A stretch of 64,000 nt of DNA, taken from Felis catus (Eukaryota). The translations under genes and the position numbers were made by a program. The stretch spans positions 203,424,001 through 203,488,000 of the forward strand of contig NC_058368.1 of NCBI RefSeq assembly GCF_018350175.1. The letters run 5' to 3'. The notes beneath the pieces are model-generated. The model was not told where the DNA came from and did not search any database. It saw only the letters and a list, made by a program, of their open reading frames with translations. Shown in pieces: positions 1 through 13,220 of this stretch (positions within the stretch are counted from its first letter, which is position 1; each line of letters opens with the position of its first letter).

Positions 1-189
1 ATTGGAGTATGGGTTAGTCAAAAAGTCCAAGATACATAATTTTGTAAACACATGACAGAAAATATATATAAAGAAAAACTCTATGTGAGAAAATTTTGGA
101 TAAAGAGAATTACTATAACACTCTCATTTCATTCCACAAAGTGCACTGAATATCTCTCTTTGATGTACAACGCAAAACACTTACACCAC

Positions 190-805
190 AGTAATTACCT
201 AGAACAAGAGTAACTGCTAATGGTGACCTGTGAAATGATATGCTTGGCCATAGTCACATCTGGCGCTGACAGAATTATCAAGGAAGTGATGTTTATCTCT
301 ATTTCAGTCCTCAAAAAGTCTTCATCCATCCATGTAGCAGATGCCACTGATGCTCTACTCCATGTCCTTGGCTTCCCTATGGGTTCATCTATAGCTAAGA
401 TGGACATTTTCTATAACCGCTGATGAAGAATCTCTTGGCTTCACTGCCTGAAGCTTTTCTCTGGCTCCATGAGAACTTGTTCTGACTGTTCAAGGTTGGG
501 GACTTACGGGGACTCAATGGTCGCAAAGTAACTTCCAAAATAACGAGAGACATGAGCCACTGGTAAACACCTCAGCTTCCATGTCTTTCTGTACTATAAT
601 TCCGAGCCATGTTTGACACAGTAAGTCTGAGGATGTTTAATGGGACTGAGCCCCAGTTAACACTGGTAACTCAATCATAATCACACCTTTTATCAGTCCC
701 TCTCCTTCTTCCACTTATACTTTCTGTGAAAACCATCTCAAGAAGCTACTTACATTCAAGTCCTTGTCACAGGATCTGTTTTTTGGGGAAAACCAAGCTA
801 TGACA
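190..805 (+). mobile_element. Degenerate ERVL-class solo LTR (LTR16-like); 5' boundary uncertain
   Basis: The 3' end 'gtccttgtcacaggatctgttttttggggaaaaccaagctatgaca' resembles the LTR16-type terminus (…gggaacccaaactaagaca). Confidence 0.4.
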
Positions 806-894
806 TGTGTCTAATATTCCCGTGTTACCCTCTCATTGGCTGCCAATTCATCTCCCTTAATATCTCAAACAGGAACTGGGTTACAGGTTAAGGG

Positions 895-1270
895 GCTGAA
901 GTTCTAATCCTGTTAGCTAATTGTGTGTCCTCTCTAAAGCTTAGTTTTATTCATTTGAAAAATGAGGGGGGTGGATTATACATGCTGTAGAGTGCCATTG
1001 AGTTTTTACTCTTTATCTTCTATTTTATTTCAGAGTGGAAGGAAAAAATAAAACCGGCAAAGAGTGGATGGAAGAACAATCTGTCACAGACTTGCCTAAT
1101 AACCAGAATGCATTTCTCCCATTGCCTTAAATTATTATTATCTGGTAACCCCACTATGGTGTGAGCTCCTCAAGGCTAAGAGAGATGTCTTATTCCTCTT
1201 TGTATTTCCAGATTTTAGCAGAATGCTTAATATATAACAGGTATTTAATAAATGCATGATTAATGAATTA
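895..1270. mobile_element. Ancient MIR and L2 relics
   Basis: MIR core-like 'ttagttttattcatttgaaaaatgagg' and L2 3'-like 'gtgagctcctcaaggc…atgtcttattc…tttgtatttccag…atttaataaatgc'. Confidence 0.45.
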
Positions 1271-2237
1271 ATAACTTATATACAGGAAAGAGAAGTGAGG
1301 ATACTGGCTGGACTGATGGAAAAGAAAATACGGGAAATATGTGGAATTGCTATGATGGGGCTGGATTATACAGGATTATATTGAGTGCTAGAATGGACTT
1401 GAACTGATAGCCATGACAGGGCATGAAATGTTTCTGAGTAGGAACGGCACAATGAAAAAGACATAGGTGGTATGAAGAAAGGGAGGCAGAGTGAGATACT
1501 GAGAGAAGTGTTCTATTTAATCTCGATTGGTGAGATAATGTCTTAAGAAGACTTTCAAATTTTCAAAAATTAGAGTGAAACTATAATGCTTGTGTTTATA
1601 TGATTATTAAACTAACCGTAAACCAACTTTATGTATCATCAGCATATGATATTCATAAATAGGTGTGAATTATGAATTATGACACAATAATTGGCTCCTT
1701 ATCCATTTTAGTATTTTGTGTACTTTCAAGTGAAAATATTTTTGATGCTACCAAATTGGTATGACTTTGTTTATTTCACAGTTCTTAGTCACCAGGCTTA
1801 GTTCACAAATTCTGTTTTCAAAAATCAAGTTCATTTCAGTAAATGAAAATGTTTTCAACACTGAAGAGGTTCAAAACAGTAGAGAAATAAAAATTCATTT
1901 ATATAAATGATTTCTATTGAATTTATTAAAATAAAAGAAATTTCCTTTTTTACAGTCATAACTTATATTAAAAGACCTAATCAGTTCAATATGAGTTAGC
2001 GCCAGCTTGCAAAGGCAAAAGCCTAGAGTCGCTCTCAAATTCTCCTTTCCACTTACCCTCCTTACCCAAACAGCTGTTTTTGACATAAGCATAGCATAGC
2101 TGTTCTTGCTGCATCTAGGAAATGAACTTACCAGTAGAGAACTGTCCTACTTATGGCCAAAAACAAGTGGTATACAAATACTGCAAAGAATAAATTACAA
2201 TCACCCAAGAATCCTTTCTAATAGGCCATTAAATTGT

Positions 2238-2357
2238 TTCTTTTGTCTTCCTCTTCTTTTCTTCCTCTTTCCCCTGCCCTCCTCTTCTTCCCTTTCCTTG
2301 TCCCCTCTCCTACTTCTTCCTCTTCTCTTCCTCCTTCCTCTTTCTCCTCCTCCTTTT
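2238..2357. repeat. Low-complexity polypyrimidine (CT-rich) tract
   Basis: About 120 bp of almost only C/T on the + strand. It is the source of spurious ORFs 2106..2453 and 2201..2437. Confidence 0.9.
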
Positions 2358-2779
2358 GGTCTCCTGACCTCAAGTACCTGTTGGAATAATCTTGGAACTA
2401 AAATGAACTTAAATACACCTGCTAGCATCAAGCACATAGAAATATTGGATTAAAATAAACATATATTACCAAGCTCAAAATAAGGAAAGAACATTGGGAA
2501 AAGGATCCACAAAGCAAAAGTTCTAAGTGTACAAGACTATGTGGTATCTGTTTGTAAAGGATACAAGATTAAGAGAAGAGTTGGGGGTCGGGCATATATG
2601 TCGTAATGATTTTTCTGCCACAAGAGGACATGAAGTTTAGTTTGGGTCCTTTGCAAAATGGGAGTTGGTTCATGATTTAGGCAAGGATCAAGAATTTGTT
2701 GTAACCATTAGAGGAAAGATCACTGGGGAACAATATACTTGGTGGCAAAGTATAAACACCCAAAACACTTAACAAAGTA

Positions 2780-3540
2780 TAGGAAAATATACCTCTAGAA
2801 TAGAGATAAATGGAAATCATCACCTTAATTAAGTGACCAAACAGCATTGTCATTATGGGGCTACTTAATATTTTACCACTTGATGGAATGCAATAAGAAA
2901 TAGCATTATCCATGAAATATTTAACCTGATGATTTAACCTGAAATATTTTTTTAACCAAAAATATTTAACCTGAATCTAATAAATTCTCTGGCTTACAGT
3001 TTACAGGAACTAGAGGACCAAATTAAGATGTTACATAAGAAAACAATCAGCCAGATCAAGAAAGTTAATTAACTATTAGAAAACTGCCCTGGGTTATTTG
3101 AAGACTCAAGATCATAAAAAAGAAAGCAGAAGGATTTAGATTGTTCTAAATCTAAAATGGCTAAGGAGGCATACATGTCCATTACCATGCATGCTCTTAG
3201 ATTGGATCCTGGATAGAAAATAAAAATCAACAAAAGACATTTGGGGATAATTGAAAAAAATCGAATATGGACTGGATATCTTATTTCATTAAGGAATTAC
3301 CTATTTTCTTAAAAGGATGCCTTGATTTTTAGAAGGTATATATTGAACTGTTTAGGAATAAAATGGCATGATCTCCACTACTCACTTTCAAATAGCTCCA
3401 CATTATTAAACAAAGGTGTATGTGTGTGTGTGGTGTGTGTCTGTGTGTGAGTGAAGAAGGTGGGAGGAAGAAAGCCAACATGATAGAATAGTAACAATAA
3501 TGGAATTTAGGCGAAATGCATACTGGTGTCTTTTTCTTAC
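2780..3540 (+). mobile_element. Old L1 (L1MC/L1ME-like) 3' UTR fragment
   Basis: Motifs 'gattggatcctggatagaaaa…aaagacatttggggataattg…aatatggactggatat' and 'ggcatgatctcc…tttcaaatagctc' are typical of L1MC 3' ends. Confidence 0.55.
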
Positions 3541-4595
3541 TTTTTTTCCAATTACTATTATGTCCTAAGTATTTTTCCCTACTTTTAAAACCCTGTTATG
3601 GGTTTAAAGAATGGACAGGTAAAACAAATCTGTATCTATGTAAGTAAATAAAATGATACAGAAACACCAAAAGTTTCTGTTTAATTTTAGCTCACTGAAG
3701 AGAAAAGTTGATGAAAGTAAGCTATAAGTTAACCACTGTACCATGTCTGTATTTCCTATACAACATTGGATCCTCTCCCTTTAAGTCATATGTGCCAAAT
3801 CATGAACAAATTTCTAAGCTCATTTCAGACTAAACATAATATGCTTATATTTCAGAGAGAGAAAATGTTGTTTAGTTAAAAAAAAAAAAAAGAGAGTCAG
3901 ATCCGTGTAATTCCCTAGCTGCACTGTAGTCCTGAAAAGCAGTATACAGATACCTTTCCTCCTGAAACTTCATTTCCTCTGTTATATGGTCAGAATTACC
4001 TGATAGTTTGTCAATTACCCCCTCCAACAGCAGCTTTCTAAAGTAAAGATTCTAAGAGAACAGTCTACTGTTTTAATTCATCTATTTCAATTCACCATTA
4101 TATCAAAAAAGTGAATGATGTAGAAATTAAGATAATGACCCCAAATCTAGATCATTCAGTTCCCTTTTATAAATATGCTATATACACAAATGATCGTTTA
4201 GCATATATATTTTAAGTAACTCTATAGTTTATGTTGTTGTTGCTGTTGTTTAATAAGAATACCTCTAAAATGGGCTGGAGGAGCTCCAGAAAGGGCTTCA
4301 GAGGCTGGACACTGGACTGAGCCAGGACTGGAGTGCAACAAAGTAGAGCAGCAGAAAGTCTACTCTGCAGCTAGGGCTGGTGGTGCCCAAAGGCAGATTC
4401 CTACTACAGCAACACCCTTGTGGGGGCAGCAGGGCTAGGAATGATGGGAAGCTGGAAAAGGTGGTCTTGCCTTGAGGGCTGAAGTAAGGAGTCCTTCTAA
4501 CTATCAGTATTAATTCTCTGGAGTAAAATTTCTCCAGACAAGACATTGTGAATAAGACAAAAGAGCCATAAAATGCAAGGTATTTAGCTACCTGC

Positions 4596-4940
4596 TATTG
4601 ACTGAATTTTATTTTCTCAGTTTTCGTATGTTGAGGTCCTAACCCCAATGGGATGGCATTTGGATATGGGAACTTTGGAAGGTAATTAGGTTTTAAATAA
4701 AGTCTTTAGAGTGGGGGGCCTTATGATGAGATTAGCTCCTTTATAAAAGAAGGAAGAGACACTTCTCCCTCTGCCCTTTGGGGACACAGTGAGACCCTGG
4801 CCCAGCTGCAAGCCTGGAAGAGAGTTCTCAAGAGAACTAGACCATGTTGGCACCCTGATCTCAGTTCCAGATTCTGAATTTCTGTCATTCAGTCACCCGC
4901 ACTATGGCATCTTGTTGTGACAGCCTGGAAAAACTAATAC
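4596..4940 (+). mobile_element. MaLR solo LTR (MLT1A-like)
   Basis: 'gactgaat…gtcctaacccca…tttggaaggtaattagg…ggcaccctgatctc…ttccag…cagcctgg…aactaatac'. Confidence 0.75.
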
Positions 4941-5597
4941 GATACCCGAGTGACATGGATATAGAAAATGAGACCTACAGAATGTGGGTATAATAGGCAT
5001 TACCTGTTTTAGAAAACTGAGGAGCCAATTAAAAATTAGAAGTCATAATAAAATAATTTCAAGAAAAAAAAAACATAGTTAAAAGAAACCGATTTAGTTC
5101 AAAAGCAGCTTAGTCATGGTCAAAGAATTTATAAACAGAAAAAAAATATGTATTACGAACTTAACTAGAATGTAACAAAGTTAGGAAATACTTATTTTTT
5201 TAAAAAGAGAAAAGCTCACTTTAAGTGATAAGGAGGATCAAGTGAGAAGGTCTAACATATGTCTCTTTGGGGTCCTGAAGCCCAGATACAAGAAGAACAA
5301 TATATAAGAGAAATATAAATAAAAAGGAATCTATACCTAGACATATTACAATAAAACTGAAAAAGAAAAAGGAAAAAACAACAAAAACTTTAAAACAGCC
5401 AGACAGAGTGAATGAATTAAATACCAACAAATGGCAGTTTTCTTCTCAAGGGCAGCAGTGAAATATGGTTTTCAATGTCTTGAGAGAAAATACATGCCAA
5501 CATAGAATTTTAACTAATTTAACTTTCAAAAATGAGAGTTACATAAAGATATTTATGGATAAACAACAACAAAAATGTTCTATCTAAAGTAAATTCT

Positions 5598-5758
5598 GGG
5601 GGCAGTTAGACGGCTCAGTCAGGTAAGTGTCTGACTTTGGCTCAGGTCACGATTTCATGGTTAGTGAGTTCAAGCCTCGTGTCAGGCTCTGTGCTGATAG
5701 CTCGGAGAGCTTCAGATTCTGTGTCTCCCTTTCTCTCTGTCCCTCCCCCACTGTCACA

Positions 5759-5810
<52 letters not shown>

Positions 5811-5818
5811 AATAAATA
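5598..5818 (+). mobile_element. Can-SINE (SINEC_Fc-type), first of a tandem trio
   Basis: tRNA-derived head, (CT)n tract and AATAAA tail. Confidence 0.9.
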
Positions 5819-6032
5819 GGGGTGCCTGGGTGGCTCAGCTGGTTGAGTGTCCAACTTCATCTCAGGTCATAATCCCACAGTCCATGAGTTCGAGCCCCGC
5901 GTCAGGCTCTGTGATGACAGCTCAGAGCCTGGAGCCTGCTTCGGATTCTTTGTCTCCCTCTCTCTCTGCCCCTCCCCTGCTCATGCTCTGTCTCAAAAAT
6001 AAATAAAAACATAAATAAACAAACAAACAAAC
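5819..6032 (+). mobile_element. Can-SINE, second of a tandem trio
   Basis: 'ggggtgcctgggtggctcag…gttcgagccc…aaaaataaataaaaac'. Confidence 0.92.
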
Positions 6033-6034
6033 AT

Positions 6035-6275
6035 GGGTGCCTGGGTGGCTCAGTTGGTTGAGTGTCCAACTTCAGCTCAGATCATGATCTCATGGTTCAT
6101 GGGATCAAGCCCCATGTCGGGCTCTGTGCTGACAGCTCAGAGCCTGGAGCCTGCTTTGGATTCTGTCTTCCTCTCTCTCTGCCCCTCCCCCACTCATCCT
6201 CTGTCTCTCTCTCTCTCTCAAAAATGAATAAACACTAAAAAAAAATTTTAATAAAATAAAAACACTAAAAATTTT
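6035..6275 (+). mobile_element. Can-SINE, third of a tandem trio
   Basis: 'gggtgcctgggtggctcagttggttgag…' with an A-rich tail. Confidence 0.92.
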
Positions 6276-6599
6276 TTAAGTAAATTGTGAAAGAAAAGGA
6301 AAACAAGGCCAGAACAGTCAGAAACTCAGAATGAGGGGTGAACACAAAGGTAAACATATAAGTAAAGGTGAAATAAACTGATGTACATAAAAATATTTCT
6401 TAAAAAAGTTCCTAACTTGTTGGGTGAACAAATACAGAACTGAGTATAAAACTAAAATATTAAGCAGTAACAGTATGTCAATTGGAAGGTAGAATATGAG
6501 AGGTAAGCTGTTCAGCAATCCTTTTATTATTCAAGATGGGGATAGAACATCAAGATATGGTGTGATTTTGTATTTTAAATATGCAGAGTATATCTATGC

Positions 6600-8895
6600 T
6601 TAAGATGCAGGAAGCCACAGAAGAACTTTGTTCCCATATTAACAATGAAAACAAGCTAGACACAAAATCATAACTTTTCTCAACCTCATCAGAAAATAGA
6701 TTAATTAAATCCAAAAGAATGGCAAACATCTCTAAGGAGATACCAGATAAATGAGCTGTTTCTCCTTTGACAGAGCATAACCAGATGACTATGGGTAAGA
6801 AGAAACAACTAAAATCCCAACAATTTCTTAAAGACCGATTGTGGGCTAATATGACACTTTAGAATAACTGGAAGCCCCAGATACTTACTTACAAACTCAT
6901 TTCCACGGGCCTCTATTGCAGACTCAAGAGAAAGGGGTAGAAGGAAAACTCTTCTGCTTCTGGATGAAGGACAGAAAAATACCCAGCTCCCAGGGGTCAG
7001 GCAAAGATTTACTACTTCCTGGAGAGGAGTGCCAGTAAAAGCTGACTGCCCCTGGAGGGACTCAACAAGGTCACTTCAACCTAAGATTCTACACTGATCC
7101 AAAACTGAGACCAGTTCTGATGTTGGATGGGCAGGAAATTGTTTACCACTGAAGATGCTCACAGATACAAACAGGATTTGGACATCATGGACTGGGAGGC
7201 ATGAATACTGAGAAAACCTCTCTCCCATGGATTGGGTACATAGGACCTGCCTAGTATTGAGGTACCAGGAGAACCAACAAACCCTCTGCCCTCAACATAA
7301 GACAATCATTGAGTAACAAGCAAAATAACTCTTGTGAGAGGGGCAAATGCATAAGAGAGACCCATTCTGTGCAGGCATGCAGGGATTTTTGAAAGCTGAG
7401 GGTAGAGTAGGGATACTAAGAAAACCTTCTAATATCTCAGGCCCCACACAGAGAAGTGGCTGACCACCCGTGGAGGAATTTGAAGTCTGGAAAATGGAAA
7501 GTTACTATGGCAACAACAACAAGCCCAAACAAAGATCAAAAACTGAGACGAAGGACTCAAAATTTGATGGAAGAAACGGAAGATGGGGCGCCTGGGTGGC
7601 GCAGTAGGTTAAGCGTCCGACTTCAGCCAGGTCACGATCTTGCGGTCTGTGAGTTCGAGCCCCGCATCGGGCTCTGGGCTGATGGCTCAGAGCCTGGAGC
7701 CTGTTTCCGATTCTGTGTCTCCCTCTCTTTCTGCCCCTCCCCCGTTCATGCTCTGTCTCTCTCTGTCCCAAAAATAAATAAACGTTGAAACGGAAGAAAT
7801 AATTATACCCAATTATTATTGGGAATAAATGCCACAACCTCCATTTCTACCAATCCTCTAAAAATAATGTCTGGCATTCAATAAAAAGTTATAAAATGCA
7901 AAAAAAAAAAAAAGGCAAGAAAAAATTTATCAAGGGATAAAGTAATCAATAGAACAGAACCCGGAGATAAATGCAATTTTGGAATTATAAGACAGGGAAT
8001 TTATCAAAGCTATAATAAATATGTGCAAGGATCTAGTGGAAATTTGTACAACATGCATTAAGTTTAGCAGAATGATATCAGTATAAAATCGTCCAATGCA
8101 AATGCTAGAAATAAAAAAAAACAAAACAAAAACACGGTCTCAAAAGTAGAGAATCTTTTTGACAAACTACCCAGAAGATTGGACATAGCTCAGCCAAGAA
8201 TTAATATGCTTGATAAATCAATAAAAAAATGTTCACACTGAAATGCAAACAAAAGAAAACGGTGAATACAAAAGAAGAGAACTTTCATAGCTGTGAGACA
8301 ATATGAAATGACTTAATATATGTGTAATTGAAGTCAAGAAGGAGAACAGAGAACAGAGCAAAAATATCTGAGGACCTCCTGGCCAGAAATTTTCAATATT
8401 AATGACAGGCAACAAGCCACAGATCAAAATAGCTCTAAGAACTTCAAACAAAATTAAAATTTTTAAACAACAACCAGACACACTGAGGTCAAATAACTGA
8501 AAATGAAAAATAAAGAGAAAATTTTGAAGGCAGTCATGGTAGGGAAGGGTAGCGTCACATACAGAAGAACAAATATAAAAATTGTAGTATATCTTAATTG
8601 AGAAACTATGTAAGCCAGAAAACAATACAGTACTGAGTGGGAAAAGAAAAACTTGTCTAAAGAATAATGAATACTCCCCCCAAAATAACTTTCAATAACA
8701 ATAGTAAAATAAAAATTCTTTTAGGCATACAAAAGCTGAGAGCATTTTATTGTCATCAGACATACTCAACAAAAAATGGTTAAAGGATGTACTTCACGCA
8801 GAAGAGTATAATAAAAGATGAAAATCTGGATTTATTCAAAGAAATGAAGAGCACTAGAAATGGTGAAAATTGAAGTAAATTTAAAAAATGGCTTT
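6600..8895 (+). mobile_element. Old L1 5' region and ORF1 (L1M-type), degenerate
   Basis: ORF1-like motifs 'taatcaatagaacagaac…gacagggaattt…tataataaatatg', 'aagccacagatcaaaatagctc' and 'tacaaaagctgagagcattt'. Confidence 0.55.
7585..7786 (+). mobile_element. Young feline SINEC_Fc
   Basis: CpG-rich, near-consensus body. TSD gaaacggaaga at 7573-7583 and 7787-7797. Confidence 0.95.
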
Positions 8896-8900
8896 TGTCT

Positions 8901-9426
8901 TTCATCAGGGAACTACAAATCAAAACTGCAACGAGCTATCACCTCACACTTGTCAGAATGGCTAAATCAACAGCACAAGAAACAAGAGGTGTTGGGAAAG
9001 ATGCAAAAAAAGGGGAAGGCTCTTACATCATTGGTGGGAATGCAAACTGGGACAGCCATTCTGGAAAACAGTATAGAGGTTCCTCAAAAAGTTAAAACTA
9101 TAACTACCCTATGACCCAGCAATTGAAGTATTAGATATTTACTAATTCAAGGCAACACATGCACCCTGATGTTTATAGCAACATTATCAACAATAGCCAA
9201 ATTATGGAAAAAGCCCAAATGCCCACTGACTAGTGAATAGAGAAGTTGTGGTATATATGTACAATGGATTATTACTCAGCCATAAAAGAGAATAAAATCT
9301 TGCCATTTGCAACAACATGGATGGAGCTAGAGTGTATTATGCTAAGTGAAATAAATCAGAGAAACACAAACACCATATGATTTCACTCATATGTGGAATT
9401 TAAGAAACAAAACAGATGTACATAGG

Positions 9427-9464
<38 letters not shown>

Positions 9465-9695
9465 CAAACCATAAAACAGTCTTTTAACTATAGTGAACAA
9501 ATTGAGGGTTGCTGGAGGGGAGGTGGGCAGGGACATGGGTTAAATGAATGATAGGTATTAAGGAAGGCATTTGTTGTCATGAGCACTGGGTATTGTCTGT
9601 AAATAATGAATCACTCAATTCTACACCTGAAACTAATATTACACTATGTGTTAACTAACTAGAATTGAAATAGAAACTTGAAACAAACAAAAAAA
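8901..9695 (+). mobile_element. Carnivore L1, 5'-truncated (ORF2 C-terminus and 3' UTR)
   Basis: Translates 'IRELQIKTATSYHLTLVRMA', matching the L1 ORF2 C-terminus. Followed by the 3' UTR 'gagcactgggtattg…aatcactcaattctacacctgaaactaatatt' and an A tail. Confidence 0.88.
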
Positions 9696-9712
9696 ATGTA
9701 TGGTTTTGAGGA

Positions 9713-9900
9713 CAGTAAGGCATCCAACTCTTGACTTTGGCTCAGGTCATGATCTCACAGTTGATGAGTTCAACCCCCAAACTGGGCTCTGCACTGACAG
9801 AGGACAGCCTGTCTTGGATTCTCTCTCTCTCCCTCTCTGCCCCTCCCCCACTTGCACTCTCTCACACTCTCTCAGTCTCAAAATAAATAAATAAACTGTT
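9713..9900 (+). mobile_element. Can-SINE with a decayed 5' end
   Basis: SINE body and tail, with 'aaaaatgtatgg' on both sides. Confidence 0.85.
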
Positions 9901-10036
9901 TAAAAATGTATGGGTTTTGTTTTGATTACTTTAAAAGATAATATACTATCTACAGCAAAAATTGGGGGAAAGTATATTTGGAACGAATCAGTGAACCTGA
10001 AAATGGGTAAGTAAAAACCTCCCAAACTAAAATTCT

Positions 10037-10505
10037 GTAGTGGGTTGAAGAGTGGGGCCCTCAAAACTATTCCAAACCATAACTCCCAGAACTTGTGAAT
10101 GCGACCTTATTTGGTAAAAGGATCACTGTAGATGTAATTGTATTAGAGATAATAAAATGAAATCATCCTGGATGTAGAGTAGGCCCTAAATCTTTTCCTT
10201 ATTAAAAATAAATAAATAATAAGGCAGGCTATTTGAGACACAAGGGAGAGGGAGATATTAAGGTGGAGGCAGAGATTAGAAAAATGTATCAAAAGAAACC
10301 AAAGAAGAACAAAGATTGCCAGCAGACCCCAGAAGCAAGAAGAGGCAAGGGAAGACTCTTCCCTAGAAGCCTGAGAGGAATACAGCTCTACTGACACCTC
10401 AGTTTTGGACTTTTGGACCCCTGAACTGTGAGCAAATATAGTTCTATTGTTGTTTTAAGCTACTAAGTTTATGATGATTTGTTACAGCAACCCTAGGAAA
10501 CTAAT
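10037..10505 (+). mobile_element. MaLR solo LTR (MLT1B/C/D-like), inserted in an old L1
   Basis: 'tgtagtgggttgaa…cttgtgaatgcgaccttatttgg…tttgttacagcaaccctaggaaactaata'. Confidence 0.8.
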
Positions 10506-10945
10506 AAAATGCAAAGAGAAAATGTTGGGGTAGAGGGAGGAACAATGACAACAAAACACCCAACAAGATTTTGAAACACACAACATATGCATAATTGGAA
10601 TACCAGAAAGAGACAAAAAAGAGAATAGAACAGAACACATTTGAAATAATAAGGCAAACACGAAATAATAGATTCAGGATGCTCAAAAAACACTAAACAG
10701 AATAAATACCTAATATCTACACCTTGGCATATCTATTCAAACTGCACAAAAACTAAGAGTGAAAATCTTGAAATAAGCCAGGGTGGTGAGACTCTTTTCA
10801 ATAGAGAAATAAGGATAAGCTGATATCTTATCTGAAACAAAGCAAGCAAAGAGAGTGCAATGAAATATTTAAATTATTGAAAGCAAAACAAAACTAAGCT
10901 AGAGTTCTATATCCAGTGAAATTATTCTTTAAAAGTATAGAAGAG
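10506..10945 (+). mobile_element. Old L1 ORF1 fragment, continuing at ~13235-13420
   Basis: 'atagattcaggatgctcaa…acaccttggcatatctattcaaactgc…gagttctatatccagtgaaattattctttaaaagt' resumes as 'ttctcagacaaacaag…aaatttaccaccagcag' after the nested L1. Confidence 0.65.
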
Positions 10946-10974
10946 TCATAGCTAATCCAGTAAAATATAAAAGG

Positions 10975-13220
10975 AAATAAAAGGTATATAGATTAGGACG
11001 AATAAATAAAAAATGTCTTTGTTGATAGAGGGCATGATCATCCGTGGAGGAAAATCTGAATCAATAACAACAACAAAAACTCTGGAACTAACAGGCGATA
11101 ACAGAAAGGTTGCAGAACACAAGGTTAATATACAAAAGTCAATTGCTTTCCTATATATCATCAATGAACAAATGGAATTAGAAATTAAAAACATTTGTAA
11201 TATTAATATAAATTATATATTTCATATTAGTAATATAATTATATCATTTATATTAGTATCACAAAATATTTAGCTATAAATCTAACAAAAAATGTACAAG
11301 ATCTATATGAGAAAAACTACAGAACTCTTACAAACAAAATCAAAGAACTAAATACATGAAGAGATAGTCCATGTTCATGGATATGAAGACTCATCAAGAT
11401 GTCAGTTCATCCCAATTTTATCTATAGATTTGATCCAATCCCAATCAAAATCCCAGCCAATTATTTTATGGATATCAGCCAACTGATTTTAATGTTTATA
11501 TGAAGAAGATGACGCAGAATAGTCAAGTTTGAAGAAGAACAAAGTGAGAGGACTGAGGCTATCTGACTTACTCTAAAGCTATAGTAATCAAAACTAAATA
11601 AAGAGTACAGAAATAGAAACTGATAAATACAATAAACTGATCTTTGATAAAAGAGCAAAGGCAATATAATGGAGCAAAAATAGTCTTTTCAAGAAATGGT
11701 ATTGAAAGAACTGGACAGTTACATGCAAAAAAAAATAATCTAGACAAGGACTTTACACTTTTCATAAAAATTAACTCAAAATGTATCATAGACCTAAATG
11801 TGAAATACAAAACTATAAAATCAGAAGATAACATAGAAGAAAATCCAGATGACCATGGGTATGGTGATGCCTTTTTAGATACAACACCAAAGGCATAATT
11901 CATGAAAGAAATTGTTGACAGCTGGACTTCATTAAAATTAAAAACTTCTGTAGGGGACCTGAGTGGCTCAGTTGGTTAAGCTTCTGACTCTTGATTTTAG
12001 CTCAGGTCATGACCTCGTGGTCCATGGGATAGGGCCCTGCAATGGACTTTTCACTGGCAGTGCGGCACCTGCTTGGGATTTGGGATTCTCTCTCACCCTT
12101 TCTCTCCACCCCTCCCTTGCTTGCACACATGTGCACTCTCTCTTTCTCTCAAAATAAATACATAAAAACTTCTTTTCAAAGTTAAAAAAAATTTAAAACT
12201 TCTGTCAAAGACAATGTCAAGAGAATAAGAAGATAAGTCACAGATTGGGAGAAAATATTTGTGAAAAATGTATTTGATAAAGAACTATTATGTAAAATAT
12301 ACAAAGAACTCTTAACCTCTCCTCTTAACTCTTAATCTATTAGAGTGGTCAAAATCCAGGACACTGACAATACCAAACAGTGGTGAGGATGTGGAACAAC
12401 AGGCCCTCTCGTTTACTGCTGCAGGAATACAAAATAGTATAACACTTTGTGAGACAGTTTGGTGATTTCTTACAATACTAAATATACTCTTGCCAGATGA
12501 TCCAGCAATCATGCTCCCTGGTATTTGTCAAAAGCGGTTGAAAACAAATACCCACACAAAAATCTTCATGCTTGTTTATAGCAGCTGTGTTCATAGTTGC
12601 CAGAACTTGGAAGCACCTAAGATGTCCTTCAGTAGGTGGACAGATAAATAAACTGGTATACCCAGACAATGGAGTATTATTCAGTGCTAAAAAGTAAGGA
12701 AATTTCAAGCTATGATAAAAAGATATAAAGGAACCTTAAATGCATGTTACTAAGAGAAAGAAGCTAATCTGAATTAGCTACATACTGTATGATTCCAATT
12801 AGCTATACACTGTATGATTTCAAGTATATGATACTCTGTAAAAGGCAAAGCTGTGAAGATAAAAGATCAGTGGTTCCAGGGATTGGAAAGGAAGAGGCAA
12901 GGGATGAATAAGCAGAGCACAGAGTATTTTCAGGGCAGTGAATATACTATGTATAATACTTTAATGATGGACACATGTCAATGTACATTTGTCCAAACCC
13001 ATAGACTCTATGACACCAAGGGTGAACCCTAAAGTAAACTATGGACTTTGAGTGATAATAGTGCATAAATGAAGGTTCCTCAGTTTTACAAATGTACCAC
13101 TCTGATGGTAGATGTTGATAATGAGGGATGTTACACATGTATGGTGGGTAGGATATATATATGAAATCTTTGTACCTTCCTCTCAATTTTGCTGTGAACC
13201 TAAAACTGACCTAAAAAAAA
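10975..13220 (+). mobile_element. L1 (L1MB/MC-like) ORF2 3' portion and 3' UTR, degenerate
   Basis: ORF remnants 'KVAEHKVNIQKSIAFLY' and 'FIKINSKCIIDLNVKYKTIK'. The 3' UTR ends 'tttgctgtgaacctaaaactgacctaaaaaa'. Confidence 0.85.
11953..12192 (+). mobile_element. Can-SINE inserted in an L1
   Basis: SINE body with TSD taaaa(a)cttctgt. Confidence 0.9.

Larger units (their letters stand above)
4960..6530 (+). mobile_element. Old L1 ORF1 / inter-ORF fragment, interrupted by three SINEs
   Basis: A-rich, with the L1 ORF1-like motifs 'atacctagacatattacaataaaactg' and 'tttcaatgtcttgagagaaaa…tagaattt…ctttcaaaaatgagag…taaagatattt'. Confidence 0.55.

Noticed and set aside
2106..2453. Leu/Pro-rich and Arg/Glu/Lys-rich ORFs
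   Set aside because: They are artefacts of the polypyrimidine tract.
7585..7660. tRNA genes, suggested by A/B-box motifs 'tggcgcagt…gttcgagccc'
   Set aside because: These are the tRNA-derived heads of SINEs, followed by a SINE body and A tail, not a complete cloverleaf.
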